Origin: a virus
Lineage: Duplodnaviria > Caudoviricetes
IMG/VR virus record: IMGVR_UViG_3300020152_000024
Span: 1,382 to 65,381 of that record
DNA: 64,000 nt
Direction: 5' to 3' (one strand)
Below, piece after piece: positions 39,145-46,880 of this stretch. Numbering within the stretch: position 1 is the stretch's first letter; every line of letters begins with the position of its first letter. Under the pieces are notes generated by a model. That model made no database searches and was not told the origin of the DNA. It worked only from the letters and a program-made list of their open reading frames with translations. A program made the translations under genes and the position numbers.

Positions 39145-39795
39145 TCACACTGCTTTCAGATGACAAGTGCCACAGGCTTGAGCGATGCGGACTGGAGCGA
39201 TCTCAGGACCGGCAAGGATTGCCGACACCATTTCGCGCATCGCCTCCGAGGTTGACCCGTATCGCTTCACCACCCCGACGTGTTCTTCGACATCATGGCC
39301 CTTGATGGCGAACTTATACTCCCCCTCCTGGGTGAAGACGGGATGGCCGTATTCGTCCCTCTCGACTGCGGCGTGATAAAGCTCATGCTCAACCAGGGCG
39401 CAGAAGTCGATGTCGCTGGCGTCGGCGCAATAGGAAGCGTCGAGCGTGATGACGAAATCCGGTTCAGAACCAAACCACTGGCGCAACTGCCACTCGGCTC
39501 GAGCCTTTGCCCATTTGCCCATGGCCATCGGCTTGCCGCGTTCACACTGGCCGACGATGCGGCGCATGTGCCGGCTATTGTCGGCGGTGGTCCAGAGGAA
39601 GCCGATCTGCGCACGCTCCAGGTGCGCGTGATCCCCGTTCCAGAGCGGCGCGCCGGGCGTGATGAAGGTGTCGAACACCCAGGTCTGCAGGTCGGGCGCG
39701 GGCCTAAACTCCCCGTTCGGATCGAGGTCTTCGGGCGGCATCGGTCGGCGCTTCAGCGCGCTGGCCTGCGCCTTCGCCTTGCGCGCTGCGCCCAT
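39145..39795 (-). CDS. Putative phage metallopeptidase
   Basis: ALVEHELYH, GHDVEEH.GVV.RYG. Confidence 0.8.
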   Translation of the reverse strand: MGAARKAKAQASALKRRPMPPEDLDPNGEFRPAPDLQTWVFDTFITPGAPLWNGDHAHLERAQIGFLWTTADNSRHMRRIVGQCERGKPMAMGKWAKARAEWQLRQWFGSEPDFVITLDASYCADASDIDFCALVEHELYHAAVERDEYGHPVFTQEGEYKFAIKGHDVEEHVGVVKRYGSTSEAMREMVSAILAGPEIAPVRIAQACGTCHLKAV

Positions 39796-39891
39796 GGGAT
39801 AATCCACCTGACGGGAGTCGGCGTGAGGTGAGGTCCGCGAGCGTGACGCGCCGCCTACCTAGCCAACCCGGAATATCGAAGTCGGGCACGA

Positions 39892-40053
39892 TCAAGCGAC
39901 GCGGCGAAGCGGCGCGTAGACCGTCGGCGGCGGCTCGCCTTTCGGCATCAGCACCACCACCCGGCACTCAGCGAGACGAACATGGATGCGCGTGCCGTCG
40001 AGTAGCTCGATGCGCTGATTGCCGACGTGATCGATCGCGCGGTCCTTGATCAT
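39892..40053 (-). CDS. Small hypothetical protein
   Basis: GGAG RBS; MIKDRAIDHVGNQRIELLDGT... Confidence 0.5.
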   Translation of the reverse strand: MIKDRAIDHVGNQRIELLDGTRIHVRLAECRVVVLMPKGEPPPTVYAPLRRVA

Positions 40054-40149
40054 AAGTAACTCCAGCACCAGACGGCGGCGCGCCGGGGAGCGCTCCACAA
40101 TGGCCAGGGCAGGCAAGTTCAGCGCAAAGCGCGCCGCCGTCTGATAGGG

Positions 40150-40945
40150 TTTTCACCGCCGCCGCGCTTGCGACGCCTAGGCGCGAGGTGACGCGCGTGG
40201 TTGGCGTCTGGCGCGCGACGGCAGGCCGATCTACGGGCGCAGCGGCGGTGAAACTTGATCGGCGACGCGGCAGCGTATCTCGGTTGCACCGGGCGGAGAG
40301 CCAGGCGCGCGGCCGGAAGCCGCCCTGCTCTCGCTGCAACGGATAGAGGCCGCCGCCTCGCCGAACTGAAGAGGTGGCCCGTCATCTGGGGTGACGGGCC
40401 GCGCATCGCTTGGACCGGCGGGGGTGTTGCGGGTTTGCGATGCGGTCTTGATCGACGGCTACGGCAGGCTTGCCGCTCCATGGCCGGCGTGAAGGCCGTT
40501 CACACGCCGGGCGCACAACTGTCGAACTTTGGAGCGGGGAGTAGGATTTGAACCGACGACCTTCAGCGCGGATGGAAACACGCTGACGCTCTACCAGGCT
40601 GAGCTAGCCCCGCATGTGCAATTGTCTGAGGGGAAGAACCGGCGGCCCCGTCGGCCTGCTCACAGTTCGTCTACATTGGCGTTTGTGCACGAGGTTCGTT
40701 TAAACGGAGTAAACGTCTCCGCTAACCAATCGGAGCGGCGACACTGGCGGGCGCTGATGCGCCAAGTGAGTCACGCACAGAGGAAATCGCGAAACGATCC
40801 TTGCAGGGCAAGGCGTGCAGCCGAGTTCACGGCGCGCAGCGCATCGGTGTGCGCACCGTATCGACGCCGGATCGATACCCTTCACAGCAGGGGTAACGAT
40901 CCGGCGCGCCCTGCAAAAAAATCGCGGGTCGGCTGCGCCGACGTC
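40150..40945. ncRNA. Candidate large structured non-coding RNA region (contains the tRNA-like element)
   Basis: No convincing ORF; many nested long inverted repeats. Confidence 0.4.
40530..40613 (-). tRNA. Atypical tRNA-like gene (Gly-type acceptor stem, UCC in an 8-nt loop, extended anticodon stem)
   Basis: GCGGGGC..TAGCTCAGCCTGGTAGAGC D-arm, GGTTCAAATCC T-loop, encoded 3' TCCA; 24-nt anticodon arm. Confidence 0.75.
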
Positions 40946-41023
40946 ACTTCCCCTCCCCAGTTCCGCGCCACCCCTCCCCGCACGGGGGCGCAAGTGGGGG
41001 ACTTCCCCCATGCCGATCCCCCG

Positions 41024-41052
41024 TTGACACTGCGTCTAGGGGCCCCTATACA
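41024..41052 (+). promoter_or_regulatory. Sigma70-type promoter with TAGGGGCCCCTA operator
   Basis: TTGACA-17-TATACA; palindrome at 41037-41048. Confidence 0.8.
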
Positions 41053-41076
41053 GGATGCATCGAAACGGAGATCGCA

Positions 41077-41499
41077 ATGACCATGACCGACGAACCCCTC
41101 TTCACCGCCGATGATATCGTCAGCGTCTACACCCGCGCCCAAGCGATCGAGGACGGCGTGCTGGTCGATGTCTCGGCGAAAGCCAATGGCATCTGGAAGT
41201 TTCCAGTCGCGCTCACCAGCGCCGCCTGGGAAGATTTCGTGGCCTGGTCGGATGCAGACACGCTCCGCAAGACATGGCCCCAAGACGAAGACGGCCGGCT
41301 CTGGGACGTTCTCTACATGGGCGCTATGGCGGCCCGGAAGCCCACGAACAATCAAGCCGACCGCCGCAGCTTCACCTTCACACGCGTACCCCGTGAAGGC
41401 GCTAGCCGCCGCCCCGTCGAAGTCGAGGCGCTGATCCATTGCGGCCCCGGCGACAATGGCGAGCCGGTCATCACCATCATGCTGCCGCACGAGGACTGA
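41077..41499 (+). CDS. DUF6573-like protein
   Basis: YTRAQAIEDGVLVDVS...GRLWDVL...GPGD.GEPVITIMLP.ED. Confidence 0.75.
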   Translation: MTMTDEPLFTADDIVSVYTRAQAIEDGVLVDVSAKANGIWKFPVALTSAAWEDFVAWSDADTLRKTWPQDEDGRLWDVLYMGAMAARKPTNNQADRRSFTFTRVPREGASRRPVEVEALIHCGPGDNGEPVITIMLPHED

Positions 41500-41569
41500 G
41501 CCTATGGCCGACGAAGCAGCGCCCCCGGCTCCGGCTGGGGGCAACGCCGTTCCGGGCGGACAACATCAG

Positions 41570-41598
41570 TTGACGGAAGCTAGGGGCCCCACTAGTCC
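41570..41598 (+). promoter_or_regulatory. Promoter/operator of the RHH regulator gene
   Basis: TTGACG followed by TAGGGGCCCCAC (41581-41592); hairpin at 41521-41542 upstream. Confidence 0.6.
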
Positions 41599-41605
41599 CG
41601 ACTCC

Positions 41606-41818
41606 ATGGCGAGGAGTGAAGACGCGATCAAGCGGGCCTGGCAAAAGCAGGAGCAGACCGACCCTGCGCGCGCCAACAACAAGGTGCGCCTGAGGCCGGA
41701 AGCGATCGATGATATCGACGCCCTGATGGCGCCAATGGGCGCAGAGACCCGCGCCGGCGTGATCTACCAGCTGATCGAAGACGGCAAGCTGAAGTACGGC
41801 AAGAAGCGCAAGCGCTGA
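41606..41818 (+). CDS. Ribbon-helix-helix-like regulator
   Basis: KVRLRPEAIDDIDALM....TRAGVIYQLI beta-alpha-alpha pattern; basic tail. Confidence 0.6.
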   Translation: MARSEDAIKRAWQKQEQTDPARANNKVRLRPEAIDDIDALMAPMGAETRAGVIYQLIEDGKLKYGKKRKR

Positions 41819-41849
41819 TCGTCTCGCGCGCGCGACATTCACACTAATT

Positions 41850-41900
41850 TAGGGGCCCCTATCTTTTCCGTTTGACACGTCGTCTAGGGGCCCCTATACC
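41850..41900 (+). promoter_or_regulatory. Promoter with two TAGGGGCCCCTA operators
   Basis: Operators at 41850-41861 and 41885-41896; TTGACA(41872)-17-TATACC. Confidence 0.8.
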
Positions 41901-41924
41901 AGATGCATCGAAGGAGCGACACCG

Positions 41925-42257
41925 ATGCAAGCCCAAGCCGTAAACGAGAACGCCAAAGCTTCCCCGCGCTACCTCAGCGCAGCCGAGACGGCGAAGGAAA
42001 TCCGCGCCGCGCTGAAGCAACACTTTCCCAAGCAGAAGTTTTCGGTGCGAACGTCGGTCTATTCGATGGGCGCCTCGATCGACGTGCGCTGGGTTGGCGG
42101 CCCCGATCATGGCGCGGTGAACTCGGTGTGCGCGTTCTTCGCCGGCAGCGAGTTCGACGGCATGACCGACAGCAAGACCTCGAAGAAGGCGGTCATGCTG
42201 CGCGGCGAATGGGTGAAGTTCTGCGCCGATTTCGTCTTCTGCAAGCGGGAGGACTGA
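41925..42257 (+). CDS. LPD29 (large polyvalent protein-associated domain) protein
   Basis: AETAK.IR.ALK..FP..KFSVR...YS.G.SIDV.W..GP, FDGMTD. Confidence 0.78.
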   Translation: MQAQAVNENAKASPRYLSAAETAKEIRAALKQHFPKQKFSVRTSVYSMGASIDVRWVGGPDHGAVNSVCAFFAGSEFDGMTDSKTSKKAVMLRGEWVKFCADFVFCKRED

Positions 42258-42260
42258 TCG

Positions 42261-42512
42261 ATGGCCCTCTCTGAAAAGACCGCCGCCGCCCTCGCCGAGA
42301 TCGAACGCGCCGCCGCTGAAGGCTGCCACACCATCGCGCCGGTGATCATCACGCACTTCTACGGCCGCGCCGCGACGGCCGCTGCGTTCCGGGTCGCGCT
42401 GCGCAAGAAGATCGTTGAAGTCGCCTACACCAGCGCGATGGGAACGCCGGTCTATCGGCCAGCGGGCACCGCCGCCGCCCTTGAAGAGTTGAAGTCAGCG
42501 AGGCTCCAATGA
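42261..42512 (+). CDS. Hypothetical protein
   Basis: GGAGG RBS. Confidence 0.65.
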   Translation: MALSEKTAAALAEIERAAAEGCHTIAPVIITHFYGRAATAAAFRVALRKKIVEVAYTSAMGTPVYRPAGTAAALEELKSARLQ

Positions 42513-42730
42513 TCCACGCCATCGTCCGCGAACTCGAGCTGCACATCGGCGAGGCCCTGCCCTCGCGGCTCTACATCACCAGCGTGACGCCCGTCACCGG
42601 CGGGGTGCTGGTGAAGGCGCAAGACGTGCGCGGCCGCAAGTTCGAGCGCACCGCCCGCTCACCCGCCGACGTGCGCGCGATTCTGTGGTCGCCCGCTCTC
42701 GCCGACACCCGCTTCGCCTACGCGATCTAG
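42509..42730 (+). CDS. Hypothetical protein
   Basis: ATGA coupling. Confidence 0.6.
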   Translation: MIHAIVRELELHIGEALPSRLYITSVTPVTGGVLVKAQDVRGRKFERTARSPADVRAILWSPALADTRFAYAI

Positions 42731-42741
42731 GAGGATCCGTC

Positions 42742-42891
42742 ATGCTGATCGACAAGCGCCGCAATGCACCGATCGCCAATGAGCGCTTTGAAGGCCTGCG
42801 CCCAGCTGGCGTCTCGCTCGACGCCATCGTAAAAGGCTTGCGCGCGCCGCTCGACCTGAAGCCGCCGCGGAAGCTGGAGAAGGTGAAGTGA
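42742..42891 (+). CDS. Small hypothetical protein
   Basis: GGAGG RBS. Confidence 0.55.
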   Translation: MLIDKRRNAPIANERFEGLRPAGVSLDAIVKGLRAPLDLKPPRKLEKVK

Positions 42892-43067
42892 CGAACAACC
42901 ACCCGAAGACTGCCGCGTTCATCGCCGAGCTGCGATACGTCTATCAGAAGCACCAGATGTCGTTAGCCGCCGATGCGGATGGCTTCACCCTCGTCCCTTT
43001 GCGCGACGCTGCGGCCGATCGACTGGACGATGCCTATATCTCGGATGAGTTGCTGCTGAAACTGTAG
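42888..43067 (+). CDS. Small hypothetical protein
   Basis: GTGA coupling; 59-aa ORF. Confidence 0.5.
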   Translation: MTNNHPKTAAFIAELRYVYQKHQMSLAADADGFTLVPLRDAAADRLDDAYISDELLLKL

Positions 43068-43072
43068 CGCGT

Positions 43073-43585
43073 TCAGGCGCCGGCGTGCGCGCCCGACCGC
43101 GTCTTGATCCCCAACCGTTCGATCAGCTTCGCGGCCACCAGGTCTGGCATTTGATCGAACAGCGTCTTGATGTCCCGCTTCATTGCCGCGATGTCGGTGA
43201 TGGCCTGATCCCAGCGCGAGCCGTTGCGATCCTTCCAATCCTTCAGCACCGCGACTTCGGCTTTGAGTTCGTCGCAATCGTGGCTCATGCGCTCGACGGC
43301 CGTCAGCCGCGCCAACACCGCCGCCATCGCCTCTGCTTGCCCGTGCGTGCGATCCTCGACCTTCTCGGCTCTGCCGCCGCGCTCGATCGTGAGTGCGTTC
43401 AGCGCCGCCACCAGGCGGTCGGTGTCGGTTTGCTTGTCGGCGGTCTTGTCGGTTTGCTTTTCAGTTCGGCCCATGCGCGCCAGCATCAGACCTAGAACGA
43501 TGTTGCCCAGCGCGCCGGCTACGCCCACACACGCGAGGATGATCTGAAACGTGTCGCCCATGGAGGGGGACGTTGGCTTGCTCAC
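43073..43585 (-). CDS. Single-TM coiled-coil protein (holin-like candidate)
   Basis: N-terminal TM, then coiled coil. Confidence 0.55.
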   Translation of the reverse strand: MSKPTSPSMGDTFQIILACVGVAGALGNIVLGLMLARMGRTEKQTDKTADKQTDTDRLVAALNALTIERGGRAEKVEDRTHGQAEAMAAVLARLTAVERMSHDCDELKAEVAVLKDWKDRNGSRWDQAITDIAAMKRDIKTLFDQMPDLVAAKLIERLGIKTRSGAHAGA

Positions 43586-43606
43586 AGGGCGCGCGGATTT
43601 AAGCGC

Positions 43607-43939
43607 TCACACCGCGCTCCACACCTGTCCATTGCCGCGCCGCATGACGCGCACGCGGCCCTGCTCCACCAATTCGTTGAGAACGGCCCGCACGGTCGCT
43701 ACGCTAACATCTTCGAGCGCGTCGGCCACCGCAGTTGTCGTCATGGGCCCGTCGGCGGCGCGAAGCAGTTGCATCACCTCGGCGGGGAGAGGCACCCGCC
43801 TCGCGGGCGTCTTTCGAGTGCCATACTTTTTCGGCGCCCAGGGATTGATCGGCGCCCAGGGTTCCTTTGCTGCGATCGTCGCCCGCGCTTTGGCGATCGA
43901 TGCTTGGCTGCGACTGCGGCGGCCGTCGATCATAATCAC
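43607..43939 (-). CDS. Winged-HTH protein
   Basis: MTTTAVADAL..VS.ATVR.VLNELVEQGRV. Confidence 0.65.
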   Translation of the reverse strand: MIMIDGRRSRSQASIAKARATIAAKEPWAPINPWAPKKYGTRKTPARRVPLPAEVMQLLRAADGPMTTTAVADALEDVSVATVRAVLNELVEQGRVRVMRRGNGQVWSAV

Positions 43940-44628
43940 GCCGCGCTCGCGCGCATGTGTTCGTTCCCCGCCGCGTCGAGCCGATCCTTGCGCAGGTTGA
44001 AGCGCGCCTTCTCGCGGCGATCGATCTCGCCTTGCACGTCGGCCAGCGCCTGCGCCGCCTGGCGCAGCACCGTGCCCTGCGACATGGCGTTCGTCTCGCC
44101 GCTCACGCGCGTGACGATGGCGCGCCAGTCTTCGGCCGGCGCTTCAGGATCGAGCAGCGCCGACAGGATGCGGCTTGACGGCGGGCCGACGAGCTGAAGC
44201 GCGTCTTCCACGCGAGAGCGCGCTTCGAGCATGTAGTCGACCGCGCCGGCAGCGTCGCCTTGGCGATCGACCACGACATATTCGTCGCCCTCGCCCATGC
44301 CGAACCCAGCGGCCCGGATCATGTCGGCTTGGAGTTCGCGCACCGCGGCGTGCTGCGCTTGGGTCAGGTTGTTGCGCTTGAACATCTGCTCCCAGACGTC
44401 GAGCTTCTGAGCGTAGGTGATGCGACCTGCAGAATCGGTGCGCACTTCAGCGCCGTGGCGCTCCAGCGCTTCGAGCCGGTCCTTGCTGGCGCGATCTTCA
44501 CCCCAGCGCGCGGGGTTGATCTCTCGCGCGGCGGCGTCGTTCTTAGCCTGCTGTGCGCGCAGCTCGCGCGCGCGCTCGGCCTCGACCGGATCATAGGGCT
44601 TGCGCCCGTTCGTGCGTTTCTTCTTCAC
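43936..44628 (-). CDS. Putative late regulator (DUF6456/Q-like position)
   Basis: Helical protein at the end of the replication operon. Confidence 0.55.
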   Translation of the reverse strand: MKKKRTNGRKPYDPVEAERARELRAQQAKNDAAAREINPARWGEDRASKDRLEALERHGAEVRTDSAGRITYAQKLDVWEQMFKRNNLTQAQHAAVRELQADMIRAAGFGMGEGDEYVVVDRQGDAAGAVDYMLEARSRVEDALQLVGPPSSRILSALLDPEAPAEDWRAIVTRVSGETNAMSQGTVLRQAAQALADVQGEIDRREKARFNLRKDRLDAAGNEHMRASAA

Positions 44629-44731
44629 CAGGCCGCCCCCGCGTGCTGTGCGAAGGAAAGAACCGCGGCGGCCCCAAGTTCGATGACGGCGGCATCCCGG
44701 CGTCCAGGTTTATCAATGAGTGTCGGAGCGC

Positions 44732-45274
44732 TCATCTCACCATGGAAATCGCCGCGGTTCTTCCCAAGGCTGGCGCAATCCGAAGAGTGGCCTGCCACCC
44801 GCCCAAGTTGGGCGCGTGACCGATCTCGCGGAAACGCACGTCCCGGCCGATCGCAGAGAGCAAATCGCTCATCGCCTCGGCGGCTTCCTCGAGCCTGTGC
44901 TTGGAGTGCGCGACGCGATGAATGAGCCGAATCACAAGGCCGCGCTCGCTTTGCTCCAGTTCGAGCAGCGTCGGCGCCTTGGTCGTGATCTTCGCGTCCG
45001 GATTCTTCGGCCGCTCCCAAAGCTCGGGCAAACCGACGGCGGCGCAAAAGCGCAGCGCCGCTTTGATCACCCCGACCAGGCCGTCCGGTTTCGGCGGCGC
45101 CGTCGGCGTTCGGATATCGCGATGCGCAGTCGCCATCGCATCGCGGAAGGTCGCGAGAGCGAGCCCCGGCTGGTTGCGCCGCGGCCAGATCGTGCGGCGA
45201 AGGTTCGGGTCTTGGCGCGCGGGCCGCGCCGCCGGCGCGCGTGTCGATTTGCGTTGAGCTTGTGCCATGGACAC
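44732..45274 (-). CDS. Hypothetical protein
   Basis: 180-aa ORF in the operon. Confidence 0.55.
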   Translation of the reverse strand: MSMAQAQRKSTRAPAARPARQDPNLRRTIWPRRNQPGLALATFRDAMATAHRDIRTPTAPPKPDGLVGVIKAALRFCAAVGLPELWERPKNPDAKITTKAPTLLELEQSERGLVIRLIHRVAHSKHRLEEAAEAMSDLLSAIGRDVRFREIGHAPNLGGWQATLRIAPALGRTAAISMVR

Positions 45275-45310
45275 GAGCGATGCGCTGCATCGGTGAAGAG
45301 AGCGTTTCCA

Positions 45311-45646
45311 TTATGCCGATTTCCTCGCGCGTTTCTCACGCCGCGCAATTTTCCGCGCCGCCTTTTTCGCTTCGATCTCACGCCGCGCCGTAAGCATCGC
45401 ATCAGTGCCGGCGATGTAATGAGCGCGGCTCGCATCATCGGCGCGGATGACGACGCCGTGCGCCGTGATCGCATCGGCGCAATCGCGATTGATATGCGCG
45501 ACGCCGCTGTCCGACGTCCAGACGACGCAATCCTCGAACTGGCACGTGATCGAAGACAACCACGAGCGCACGTAGCCGTCACCGCGCGCCGCGCGCACGT
45601 CGGCGACGAAGCGTCCGGTGCGACCGATGGGTTCGTTACACCGCAT
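45311..45646 (-). CDS. Hypothetical protein
   Basis: In-operon ORF with GAGGA RBS. Confidence 0.5.
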   Translation of the reverse strand: MRCNEPIGRTGRFVADVRAARGDGYVRSWLSSITCQFEDCVVWTSDSGVAHINRDCADAITAHGVVIRADDASRAHYIAGTDAMLTARREIEAKKAARKIARREKRARKSA

Positions 45647-45860
45647 CCCAAGTCCTCTCCTGCTTGCAGAGGCCTTGCGCGCGCTCGCGCAGCAGATCGT
45701 ACCCAGCCGAACCGATGCGCTCCTGCACTTCGGAAAACGTCACGCGCACGATGTGTTCGTGCAGACCGCATTCGAGGCACGTGACTTTGCCGCGCACCTC
45801 GCCGCCGGCAATGTCGATGACCATCGCCATCGTCGCGCCGCAGGCTTGCCGGGTCTTCAT
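45636..45860 (-). CDS. Small Cys-containing protein
   Basis: ATGA coupling; CLECG. Confidence 0.5.
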   Translation of the reverse strand: MKTRQACGATMAMVIDIAGGEVRGKVTCLECGLHEHIVRVTFSEVQERIGSAGYDLLRERAQGLCKQERTWDAV

Positions 45861-46771
45861 GCCGCCACCGCCTTCGCCGCCGCGGCGCATCGGGCGGCGA
45901 ACGCCTCATCGCTTTCGCTTGGCGACTGGATCAGCACCGGCGGTCTGGTCAGCCTCGATGCGATGCGGGCTTGCATCGCCAGCGGACCCACCGGCTCTTC
46001 CTCGCGTTCGGCGCGCTCGCCGCCCGATAGGGTGGCGGGCGAGTGCGCCGGGCGCTGCTGGTTGATTGGATTCTTCTCTGGAAGATGGAAGATAGAAGAT
46101 AGATAGGGCGATACCGGCGTGACACCGTTGTTATCGCTCGCATTGTGTAACGTTACATCGGCCCCCTGTAACGTGACAGTCACGGGGGGTGTAACGTTGC
46201 CTGTCACGCTCTCCGGCGTGACACCTCGGCCCTCATTGCGCGCGTTCGCCGCGGCCATGTGTTCGAACGCGCGCATCTGATCGAGCGTCCGCTCGGCGCG
46301 CTTCTTAGCCCGCGATCGATTGGTGCGGGCACGCTGCTTGGCCTTGCGGTCTTCCTCCTTGTGCGCGATTTCCAATGACTGCTTGACGGCGTAGTCAACG
46401 AGTTCGCGCTCCGTCGGCGTCGCCTCCCCCTCGGCCTTCTCCTTGGCCTTCTTGGCCTGCTCACGGACCATGCGGCGGCAGTAAATCAGCTCGCCATCGC
46501 GCGAGAGGACGCCACGCGCCTCCAACTCGGCGAGCATGGGCGGCAACGTCTCGACCGGCTTGCCCCACAGCGACGCTAGATCCGCCATGGACGGCGACGT
46601 GCCGTTGTCGAGCAGGAAGTAGCCCCGGCGCGGGCTATGCCAGCAGATGCGCAGCATGCGCATCCACACCCCCTGCGCCGCGAAGGAGCAGAGTTTCAGC
46701 GCCGGATCGTTTTCGTAATCATCCCAGCACCACCACTGGAACGGTTGTTTCGGTTTGGCTGCGCCGGTCAT
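45857..46771 (-). CDS. Replication initiator (lambda O-like; wHTH N-terminus, internal iterons)
   Basis: FQW..DD...D..L..CS.AAQGVW..ML...; IYCRRMVR; VT-rich iteron segment. Confidence 0.8.
   Translation of the reverse strand: MTGAAKPKQPFQWWCWDDYENDPALKLCSFAAQGVWMRMLRICWHSPRRGYFLLDNGTSPSMADLASLWGKPVETLPPMLAELEARGVLSRDGELIYCRRMVREQAKKAKEKAEGEATPTERELVDYAVKQSLEIAHKEEDRKAKQRARTNRSRAKKRAERTLDQMRAFEHMAAANARNEGRGVTPESVTGNVTPPVTVTLQGADVTLHNASDNNGVTPVSPYLSSIFHLPEKNPINQQRPAHSPATLSGGERAEREEEPVGPLAMQARIASRLTRPPVLIQSPSESDEAFAARCAAAAKAVAA
46081..46225. repeat. Putative replication origin iterons TGT(A/C)ACG in both orientations
   Basis: TGTAACGTTACA 46146, TGTAACGTGACA 46167, TGTAACG 46190, TGTCACG 46202, GGCGTGACACC twice; GA-rich tract 46081-46106. 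Confidence 0.7.
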
Positions 46772-46846
46772 GCACAGCCCCTCAACATCTTGTCAGCAGC
46801 GAACAAATCGTGCATAGATCGTCTCGTTAAAGGTTAGAGTTTCTTT

Positions 46847-46880
46847 GGGCGCCGGCTTCCCCCGGCGCCCTTCGTTTTTT
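46847..46880. terminator. Hairpin terminator
   Basis: GGGCGCCGG/CCGGCGCCC stem with flanking T runs. Confidence 0.5.

Noticed and set aside
40366-40410. Hammerhead ribozyme (CTGAAGAG followed by a stem)
   Set aside because: No GAAA core follows the stem; CTGATGC at ~40755 also lacks the CUGANGA consensus.
40529-41080. 183-aa ORF beginning MERGVGFEPTTF
   Set aside because: It is the antisense translation of the tRNA-like gene plus non-coding DNA.
41021-41915. CRISPR array
   Set aside because: Few repeats, irregularly spaced by whole genes and shaped like promoters; no cas genes.
43833-43862. Short direct repeat GGCGCCCAGGG x2
   Set aside because: Encodes a PWAP peptide duplication; no further pattern.
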